From Alphaproteobacteria bacterium (lineage in GTDB: Bacteria > Pseudomonadota > Alphaproteobacteria > RF32 > CAG-239): a DNA stretch of 44,045 nt. The stretch covers positions 1-44,045 of the forward strand of contig JAFUQJ010000022.1 of NCBI GenBank assembly GCA_017480995.1. Direction: 5' to 3'. A program made the position numbers and the translations under genes. The notes under the pieces were generated by a model, which saw only the letters and a program-made list of their open reading frames with translations, searched no databases and had not been told where the DNA came from. Shown piece after piece: positions 37,419-44,045 of this stretch; the first letter of the stretch is position 1; every line of letters begins with the position of its first letter.

Positions 37419-37566
37419 AAACAGCGTGAATCCCAAAATCTTTTAAACTCCCTATATCATATCCGTTTTTTTCAATCATACAATAGACTTTCTAAATATA
37501 TCACAAAATTTGTGTAAATAAATGTTTTGGCTTGCAAAATAGCGTAATTCGTCTAATTTTGTAATT

Positions 37567-38352
37567 ATGAAAGCGGAAAACTTGACATTGGAACAGATTC
37601 TGGAGTGGTATTTGTGCGCCGGCGTGGACGAAACCTGCGGCGATCGGCCGTTTGCCGAGCCGCCTGCCGCCGAAGCTGGTCCGGTTCCTGTCGTCGGTCT
37701 GGCGGTGCGTCAGGCGACCACCGGATTGGCTCAGGCGGTCGGTTCGGCCTGCCAGAATGCCAAAGACATCTGTGCCCGGGCCGGCACGCTTGAGGAGTTG
37801 AAGCGGGCAGTCGAGAATTTTGAGGGCTGCGCGCTCAAGATGACGGCGGCGCATACCGTCTTCGGAGACGGCAACCCGCAGGCCAAAGTCGTCTTTATCG
37901 GCGAGGCGCCGGGAGCGGACGAAGACCGCATCGGCGTGCCGTTTGTCGGTCGCAGCGGACATCTGCTGGACAAGATGATGAACGCCGTCGGGCTGACACG
38001 GGCCGACGCCTATATCTGCAATATTCTGCCGTGGCGGCCGCCCGGAAACCGTACGCCGCTGGATTCGGAAGTGGCGGTCTGCCTGCCGTTTCTGAAGCGC
38101 CAGATTGATCTGGTCGATCCCGATTACATTTTTATTCTCGGCGCCAGCGCTGCAAATTCGGTATTGGATACGGCGGAGACGATTTCCAAAATGCGCGGCA
38201 AATGGTTTGAGTATGAAAAGTCCAACGGCAAAAAGGCGCGCGTGCTGGCGAGTTTCCATCCGGCCTACCTGCTTCGCACGCCGGGGCAAAAGTCCCGCTC
38301 CTGGTCCGACCTGCTGCGTCTGCGCGCCCGCATGGATGAGGAAAACGGTTAA
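37567..38352 (+). CDS. Family 4 uracil-DNA glycosylase with an N-terminal extension
   Basis: GEAPGADEDRIGVPFVGRSGHLL (motif A) and SFHPAYLLRTP (motif B). Confidence 0.88.
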   Translation: MKAENLTLEQILEWYLCAGVDETCGDRPFAEPPAAEAGPVPVVGLAVRQATTGLAQAVGSACQNAKDICARAGTLEELKRAVENFEGCALKMTAAHTVFGDGNPQAKVVFIGEAPGADEDRIGVPFVGRSGHLLDKMMNAVGLTRADAYICNILPWRPPGNRTPLDSEVAVCLPFLKRQIDLVDPDYIFILGASAANSVLDTAETISKMRGKWFEYEKSNGKKARVLASFHPAYLLRTPGQKSRSWSDLLRLRARMDEENG

Positions 38353-38446
38353 CAACGTTATTAAAAACTTTACTATTTGGTGCTAGTTTATACAATAAGT
38401 ATTATTTTTTATAAAAACTTAATTTTGCAAAATTAAAGGAAACAAG

Positions 38447-39160
38447 ATGACAAAACTGAATAAAATGTTGCTGTGCTCTTTGGGAATGGGCTTCGCCTTC
38501 TGGGCCGGCGCCGCCCGGGCAGCCGAGGATACCGTGCTGTTCAAGATACATGATGTTGTTCCGGTAAAGAACGCCGACGGCAATGTCGTGGCCTGCGACA
38601 TCGGGGCGACTTTTTATAACCGCACCGCCAACGAGATTAAGAACGCGTCTCTGAATTTGGTCTGGACCGACGAAGTCATCGGCGAAACCATTAATCAGGA
38701 GGAGCGCGACGCCAAAGAAGCCCGCCGCGCCAATCGCAAAAATACCGCGCGTTACAACACCTCGAGCTATACCAGCAAAGACATTGTTCTGAAACTGCGT
38801 CTGCCGCCTCTGAAGTCGTATCAGCAGGTTACGCTGAAATCCAAAGTCGGCACCGACAGGTGTTTTCTGCTGCTGAACGATATGGAAGTTGACATTCTCA
38901 GCTGCGGCGCTTCCGGTTCCGGCGATGACAAAAAACTTAAGCTGCCGACGGCGCAAAGCAGCTGCGAGGGCCTGTTTACCTATATTTCGCCGGCTTCTCC
39001 CGAATATTACAATGATTTTCAGGCAATTTCGGTTGCCGAGCAGAACGCTCAGGAAAATACGGTTCTGCAAACCAAAAAGGACGCCCTTGACACGGCTTAT
39101 CAGGACGCCTTGAAACAGATTGACACATTGAACAAGACGCTTGATGGTTCGTCGGAATAA
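38447..39160 (+). CDS. Secreted 4-Cys-domain protein, paralog A (domain N-terminal, coiled-coil-like tail)
   Basis: Signal peptide MTKLNKMLLCSLGMGFAFWAGAARA. There are four Cys in the mature part. It shares the pattern GNxVxC-x20-LVW...PP...C-x13-C...C with the next gene. An AAAGGA RBS lies upstream. Confidence 0.7.
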   Translation: MTKLNKMLLCSLGMGFAFWAGAARAAEDTVLFKIHDVVPVKNADGNVVACDIGATFYNRTANEIKNASLNLVWTDEVIGETINQEERDAKEARRANRKNTARYNTSSYTSKDIVLKLRLPPLKSYQQVTLKSKVGTDRCFLLLNDMEVDILSCGASGSGDDKKLKLPTAQSSCEGLFTYISPASPEYYNDFQAISVAEQNAQENTVLQTKKDALDTAYQDALKQIDTLNKTLDGSSE

Positions 39161-39181
39161 TCGTTAAGGAAAGGTTGTGCC

Positions 39182-39883
39182 ATGAAAAAGCTGCCCGTCG
39201 TATTGAGTTTGTTGCTGCTTGCATCGGCTGTTTCGGTGCGGGCGCAGTCCTTCGGCGGGACGGAAGCGCGGCCTTCGTCAAACGCGGCGGCTTTCGGACT
39301 GCTGAACGGGAAGCCCGACGCGGCGCCGGCCAAAGCCGCGGCGCCTGCCGCAGCCTCCGAAAACAAGCTGGAAACGACGGCGGATGTGGCGCGCGCGCTG
39401 GAAGACGAAAAAGCCAAAATCCTCAAGGAACGGGAAGAAATCTTTATGCCCGGCGGCGGCACCGAAAAACTTCTGATGCCGACGGAAGACAAATCGCAGC
39501 GCGGCAGCGTCGCTATTCTGGAAACCGACGAAAAAGGCAGAACCCGCCTGAATACCAACATTTTTATGTATATGGACAATTTCGGCATTTCCCGCTCAAT
39601 GGGCAACATGGTAACCTGTAACATGCGTTTTGTCATTCTGACCAACCTTGACCGCAGGCTCGTCAGTCTGGACGCCAAACTTGTCTGGCCCGGAATTACC
39701 ACGACCGTTTCTTTTGCCAATGTTCCGCCCAATACGCCGACGGCGTATAACTATACCCTGATGGGCGACGGCTGTTATACCATGGACAAGATGCCGAACA
39801 TTGTCGTCAACCGCTGCCGGGTAAAAGGGATAAGCGCGGCGGAATGCGCCAACAAAATTATCTGGCTGACAGATGCCAAATGA
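39182..39883 (+). CDS. Secreted 4-Cys-domain protein, paralog B (Ala/Pro-rich linker, domain C-terminal)
   Basis: Signal peptide MKKLPVVLSLLLLASAVSVRA. There are four Cys in the mature part, and it has the same motif pattern as the preceding gene. An AAGGAAAGG RBS lies upstream. Confidence 0.7.
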   Translation: MKKLPVVLSLLLLASAVSVRAQSFGGTEARPSSNAAAFGLLNGKPDAAPAKAAAPAAASENKLETTADVARALEDEKAKILKEREEIFMPGGGTEKLLMPTEDKSQRGSVAILETDEKGRTRLNTNIFMYMDNFGISRSMGNMVTCNMRFVILTNLDRRLVSLDAKLVWPGITTTVSFANVPPNTPTAYNYTLMGDGCYTMDKMPNIVVNRCRVKGISAAECANKIIWLTDAK

Positions 39884-41604
39884 GGGTGTTTTTTCCGCGA
39901 CATTTTTTGGCTGTTATAAGTTTTTGCGGTGCGCTTGTCTGTTGCAGGGCGGCCTTGTCTCAGGAAAATGCCCGGCCGATTATCAATCCTCAGTCGTATG
40001 AAAAAATAATTTCTTACCTGCTGGTTTCGCCGCAGGACGTCAATTTATACAAAAAGATGTTTCGCGCGCTTGAAGAAGACGACTTCGAGAAGTTTGACGC
40101 TTTGCGCCGAAAGCTCGAAAACGAGATTTTGCTCGGTTCCGTGCTGGCCGAAAAATATCTGCATCCGAAATATAAATCAACGGCGGCCGAACTGAAGGAA
40201 TGGCTCGAAAACTATAATTCTTATCCGCAGGCCAAACGGATTTACCGGCTGGCGCTGCGCAAGGGCGCCGAAGCCCGGGAGCTCAAAACGCCGGTTTATC
40301 TTGATGACGGCCGGCAGACGAGTGATGACGTCAGCGGTTTTGTAAACAAGCAGCGTTCCGAATTTAAGAAATTCATAAATCAGGGCAAAACGCGTCCCGC
40401 CCGCCTGATTTTGGAAAACAAGCGTTTTTATCGTTCGGCGCCGAATGAAGTCTGGGATGATCTGGCCGCCACCCTGGCCTTGAAATATCTGGTAGACAAC
40501 TATGATCGCCTGGCGTTGGAATGGGGGCTCAAGGCCGCGCGCCGCCACAATTCGGGAACCGCCGTCTGGGTGGCCGGACTGGCCTCGTGGCGGATGAGGA
40601 ACTATAAAAACGCCGCTTTGTATTTTGAGCGCCTCGGCCGGTCGAAAAATTCCGACGAATGGCTGGTTGCCGCCGGCGGTTACTGGGCGTATCGCGCTTA
40701 CGAAAAGCTCGGCAATAAGAAAAAGGCGCAACAGATGCTCGAAACCGCCGTCAAATTCAAGCATACTTTTTACGGCATCTTAGCCGCGCAGAAACTCGGC
40801 CGCACGTTGGAATACAACTGGAATTCAATCGCTTATTTCAATGATTTCAACAATTATGACTATATTTACGAACTGCTCGGCTCGCCTTATATCCGCCGGG
40901 CGGTTCTGCTGCTGCATGCCAAGCAAAAGCGGCTGGCCGAGCAGGAGCTGCGCTTCGGCTATCCCACGATGAACGAAAAACAAAAAGAAGCGGTCATCTT
41001 TATTGCCGATCAGTATGATTTGCACGCGCTGGCTATTTTTCTGGCCAATCAAAACAAAGATCTGGAACATAATCAGACTTACGACAGGTTTGCCTATCCG
41101 CTGCCGGCCTGGCTGCCGGTGCACGGCTGGAAAGTCGACAAGGCGCTGGTTCTGGGACTGATACGGCAGGAATCGGCCTTTCAGCCGGACGCCGTCAGCG
41201 GCGCCGGTGCGCGCGGACTGATGCAGCTGATGCCGGGCACCGCTTATCACATCAGCAAAGACAGCCGCATCAAAAGCGACAAAACGCGGCTGTTCAAAAC
41301 GGACTATAATCTCAGGCTCGGACAGCAGTATATCAGCTATCTGCTTGACAAACCGTTTATTGACGGTAATTTGTTTTATATGATTGCCGCATACAACGCC
41401 GGGCCGGGCAATTTGGTCAAATGGCAGAAGGCCGCCCGCTATAACAATGACGCGCTGCTTTTTATCGAGGTCATTCCCTCGGCGCAGACACGGATTTATA
41501 TTGAGCGCGTCATGGCCAATTATTGGATTTATAACATGCGTTTCGGGCTGGACAACCCGAGCCTCGGGCAGATTGCCGCGGGCGGCTGGCCAAGTCTGAA
41601 ATAA
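39880..41604 (+). CDS. Soluble lytic murein transglycosylase (Slt70-like: superhelical N-domain + SLT domain)
   Basis: LIRQESAFQPDAVSGAGARGLMQLMPGTA and AAYNAGPGN. The ATG at 39880 overlaps the upstream stop as ATGA and gives the signal peptide MRVFFPRHFLAVISFCGALVCCRAALS. The ORF is also open from 39844. Confidence 0.88.
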   Translation: MRVFFPRHFLAVISFCGALVCCRAALSQENARPIINPQSYEKIISYLLVSPQDVNLYKKMFRALEEDDFEKFDALRRKLENEILLGSVLAEKYLHPKYKSTAAELKEWLENYNSYPQAKRIYRLALRKGAEARELKTPVYLDDGRQTSDDVSGFVNKQRSEFKKFINQGKTRPARLILENKRFYRSAPNEVWDDLAATLALKYLVDNYDRLALEWGLKAARRHNSGTAVWVAGLASWRMRNYKNAALYFERLGRSKNSDEWLVAAGGYWAYRAYEKLGNKKKAQQMLETAVKFKHTFYGILAAQKLGRTLEYNWNSIAYFNDFNNYDYIYELLGSPYIRRAVLLLHAKQKRLAEQELRFGYPTMNEKQKEAVIFIADQYDLHALAIFLANQNKDLEHNQTYDRFAYPLPAWLPVHGWKVDKALVLGLIRQESAFQPDAVSGAGARGLMQLMPGTAYHISKDSRIKSDKTRLFKTDYNLRLGQQYISYLLDKPFIDGNLFYMIAAYNAGPGNLVKWQKAARYNNDALLFIEVIPSAQTRIYIERVMANYWIYNMRFGLDNPSLGQIAAGGWPSLK

Positions 41605-41628
41605 GTTTTTGCCAAAAGGATTTTTTAG

Positions 41629-42534
41629 ATGAACAGGATAAAAACGTTCGGCCTCTCGGCGCTGACTTTTTTGAGCTCGCTTAACGTGTTCGGTCAGGCC
41701 GGGTACCACAAAAAATGCAACGGCTCGCTGGCTTGGCTTAGCTCAACGACGGAAACGCGCGGCGCCGCCAATCCCTCGGCCACGATTTCGCCTTCGGGAA
41801 AATATTACGGCATAAACCAGCTTGACGGCTATAACGTCAACCGGCTGATAAAATATATCAATTCTCATGACGAATATCGAGCGCTGCGGGGCAAACTTGC
41901 AGTTGAAAAAACAAAGAACGAGGCCGGCGGCACGGTTTATCGGGTTAATCGCGCCAAGTGGCAGGCGCTGGGCGCGGCGCAGCCGGAATTGTTTGCCCGC
42001 GCGCAGGAGGATTTCTTGTGTGCTGTTTATCTGCCCGAATGTTTTCGCCGTTTGCAAAAGGGACTGATTGCCGAGGCCAAGAAAAGCGGACGCCGGCCGA
42101 TTGCGCTGCGGCAGCTGCATCCGACGGTGTTGTCGCTGTTTGCGCGCTCCTTTGTCAAAAAACCGGCGACAACCGCGCCGCTGACGGCATTGAAAAACGC
42201 CCGGACGGCCGAGGCGGCAAATACGGAAAAGTTTATTATCGCTTATGCCGGCAAAAACGAATACCTGAAAGACAAGGCATTGGCGAGTTTCCGCGGCGCC
42301 GAAATCAGCTGGAAAGAGGCGCAGATTGCCGCGGCCTGCAGTCTGGCCGAGAAAGAAATGCAAAAATATGAGGCGGCGGAGGCCGAACGCCGGCAGCAAG
42401 GGCAGTCCATGCTCAAAGAGACGGCGCATCTGCGGCAAAGCCGGCCTGCCGGTACCGCGCGGCGGCGTTCCGCTGCGCCCCAAACGCCGGTTTTGAGCCT
42501 GAAGCAAAAGGAACAAGATTCTTCCCGCGGCTGA
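41629..42534 (+). CDS. Secreted hypothetical protein with a possible lysozyme-like N-domain and a basic tail
   Basis: Signal peptide MNRIKTFGLSALTFLSSLNVFGQA. The sequence TETRGAANPSATISPSGKYYGINQL resembles the E-[ST]...G-x-x-Q pattern of SLT/GH108-type muramidases. An AAAGGA RBS lies 8 nt upstream. Confidence 0.6.
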   Translation: MNRIKTFGLSALTFLSSLNVFGQAGYHKKCNGSLAWLSSTTETRGAANPSATISPSGKYYGINQLDGYNVNRLIKYINSHDEYRALRGKLAVEKTKNEAGGTVYRVNRAKWQALGAAQPELFARAQEDFLCAVYLPECFRRLQKGLIAEAKKSGRRPIALRQLHPTVLSLFARSFVKKPATTAPLTALKNARTAEAANTEKFIIAYAGKNEYLKDKALASFRGAEISWKEAQIAAACSLAEKEMQKYEAAEAERRQQGQSMLKETAHLRQSRPAGTARRRSAAPQTPVLSLKQKEQDSSRG

Positions 42535-42555
42535 ACTTGCGGATTCGATAATATA

Positions 42556-42584
42556 TTGTCAATTTGTCAAAAATATGCTACTCT
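42556..42584 (+). promoter_or_regulatory. Putative promoter with a conserved spacer (copy 3 of 3)
   Basis: TTGTCA, spacer ATTTGTCAAAAATATGC (17 nt), then TACTCT. It is nearly identical to 21758-21786. Confidence 0.4.
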
Positions 42585-42683
42585 GAAAGAGTATAATATT
42601 AAATGCATACACTTTGACTTGGAGTAACGCGGCTGCTTTAAGGCAAAGACAAAGATTTCAATAGCCGTCTAAAATTTTTTTAT

Positions 42684-43190
42684 ATGAATACTATTATCGC
42701 TCTCGTTTCTATTATCGTATCTATCATAATGTTTTTTCTTCCGTATTATGAGTGCCGTTATGCAAATTCGTTCTCTTTGAGCGGTTTGTGGTACAACATT
42801 AAAAGGGGTGGAGAAGCGTTATTAAGCGAGCTTCTGATGCTTGCGGCCGTTTTGGGAGTTTTCTTTATTGCTTACCTTATCCTTGGTGAGCTCGGAGATT
42901 CTTATCCCGGCTGCGTTTACGTTCCTCTTTTTGTTATCCTTTGGATTTTGATTAGAGGTTTGTATCTGCCGATTTCGTTCGTCAAGAACTTCGGCGCAAT
43001 TTGGAAGCCCGTTTTGTTCGTATTCATCTGTTTCGGCATCTACAAAGCCGTTATCTGGTGGGTATCGGATATGATGATGGGAGCCAACAGCATTATCGCC
43101 GCTCTGGTGTTTGGTGGTCTGTTGGTGGTTTTCGCAACGTTCATTGGACGCGTGGCCTACGGGTTCGTGGCTTGTTCTTGCGAAAAGTAA
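42684..43190 (+). CDS. Hypothetical polytopic membrane protein (168 aa)
   Basis: About five hydrophobic segments. No SD. The GC content is lower than in the flanks. Confidence 0.55.
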   Translation: MNTIIALVSIIVSIIMFFLPYYECRYANSFSLSGLWYNIKRGGEALLSELLMLAAVLGVFFIAYLILGELGDSYPGCVYVPLFVILWILIRGLYLPISFVKNFGAIWKPVLFVFICFGIYKAVIWWVSDMMMGANSIIAALVFGGLLVVFATFIGRVAYGFVACSCEK

Positions 43191-43301
43191 AAAAATTAAA
43201 GGAGTGCCGGATTTTCTGACTTGTCGGAAAACCGGCGCTCTTGTTTTTAAAAGAACGCCGCTTATATCTGGTAGCATATCAACCGCCGGAGGAAAACGCC
43301 C

Positions 43302-43631
43302 ATGGAATTGTATCTGTTTTTTGCCTTTCTGCTGCTGTATGTCATTACCTCTTTTTTGCTGCCGGAGGATATGCTGCGCAAAATCTGGACGCTGGCCTTT
43401 ATTCTCTCGTTTGCCGTTACCTCGATTGCCATCGGCTTTGTCCGCCTGTCGCGGCAAGACGTTATGATGGACGCCAATCAGCTTAACTGGTATTACATCC
43501 TGTTTTTGTTCGGTATGGTTTCGGTAGCTTTGGGCGCGTTTAACCTTTGGATGTATCGCAAGCCGTTGTGGAAAATCATGTTTTCCAAAGCCTCTGGTGA
43601 TACGGATGACGATGCGGACGACGATAGCTGA
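43302..43631 (+). CDS. Hypothetical small membrane protein with an acidic tail (109 aa)
   Basis: Three hydrophobic segments and a C-terminal GDTDDDADDDS. A GGAGGA RBS lies 8 nt upstream. Confidence 0.6.
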   Translation: MELYLFFAFLLLYVITSFLLPEDMLRKIWTLAFILSFAVTSIAIGFVRLSRQDVMMDANQLNWYYILFLFGMVSVALGAFNLWMYRKPLWKIMFSKASGDTDDDADDDS

Positions 43632-43725
43632 TAATTTTGCCGCCGGCGCATAATAAAACTTTCCAAATTTGTCTTTTGGGTGTATTGCTGATACAAATAG
43701 TCGAAAACTGGCAGAGGAAAATACG

Positions 43726-44045
43726 ATGCAGGTAGAATGTAAATGTGATGAAAACGACACCGTTTGCCGCTGCGGCAAAAGCAAGCTGCTTTCCGCGCTG
43801 CTGATTGCCGCCGGTCTGACGCTGGGCGGTTTTTTCCCGGGATATTTTTATTACCGCTCCAAGGTTAATTCAAATTTTGTGACGGTCAAAGGCCTGGCCG
43901 AAAAAGACGTAAAGGCCAATCTCGGAATTTGGAGCATCCGCTATGTCGTCACCAACAACGATTTGAGTTTGGCGCAGCAGGAAATTTCGCGTCAGAAGTC
44001 GATTATCATGCGTTTTCTGAATGAACAGGGAATTTCTGCCGAAGA
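43726..44045 (+). CDS. SIMPL-domain (DUF541-like) membrane-anchored protein, 5' partial (runs off the window)
   Basis: My own translation: MQVECKCDENDTVCRCGKSKLLSALLIAAGLTLGGFFPGYFYYRSKVNSNFVTVKGLAEKDVKANLGIWSIRYVVTNNDLSLAQQEISRQ... The block VTVKGLAEKDVKA-L..W resembles the start of SIMPL-family proteins. A GAGGA RBS lies 7 nt upstream. Confidence 0.55.
   Translation, partial: MQVECKCDENDTVCRCGKSKLLSALLIAAGLTLGGFFPGYFYYRSKVNSNFVTVKGLAEKDVKANLGIWSIRYVVTNNDLSLAQQEISRQKSIIMRFLNEQGISAE

Noticed and set aside
42822-43784. A 320-aa minus-strand ORF spanning two plus-strand membrane-protein ORFs and their intergenic gap.
   Set aside because: The translation is Q/K/N/R-rich with no hydrophobic core or motifs. 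The plus-strand ORFs show regular TM segments, and one has a GGAGGA RBS at ideal spacing. The call is not fully excluded and is flagged in the corresponding finding.

Overview
This is a chromosomal segment of about 50% GC that looks alphaproteobacterial. The evidence is the divergent rne / amiC-mrcA-prfB arrangement, an RNase E with a large insertion in its S1 domain, an AapJ-type binding protein, and tig ... clpP-clpX. I call about 38 protein genes and one tRNA-Leu(TAG). I see no rRNA, CRISPR array, integrase, transposase or obvious prophage. Most genes are housekeeping: rne, PBP1A, prfB with its programmed +1 frameshift, gltX, cysS, prfC, tig, clpP, clpX, a family-4 UDG and Slt. Several parts look accessory or unexplained. 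(1) A four-gene secreted unit at 38447-42534 holds two adjacent paralogous 4-Cys proteins of no family I recognise, an ATGA-coupled Slt70-like transglycosylase, and a further secreted protein with a lysozyme-like motif. This is my best candidate for an undescribed envelope system. (2) A five-gene undecaprenyl-phosphate-sugar type glycosylation module (GtrA / GT-C / GT2 / methyltransferase / ArnC-GtrB-like) sits between tig and clpP. (3) A cytoplasmic GH15 / phosphorylase-kinase-alpha-beta-like protein is tightly coupled to prfC. (4) A secreted protein combines a Cys-repeat with a phage tail-collar motif at the left edge. (5) Three orphan secreted or membrane protein genes share a near-identical promoter/spacer sequence. 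(6) A YhdP/AsmA-like giant gene is translationally overlapped with a serine hydrolase gene and a small gene. All family assignments come from motifs read by eye. No database search was run. Start codons were refined by RBS or promoter context where stated.
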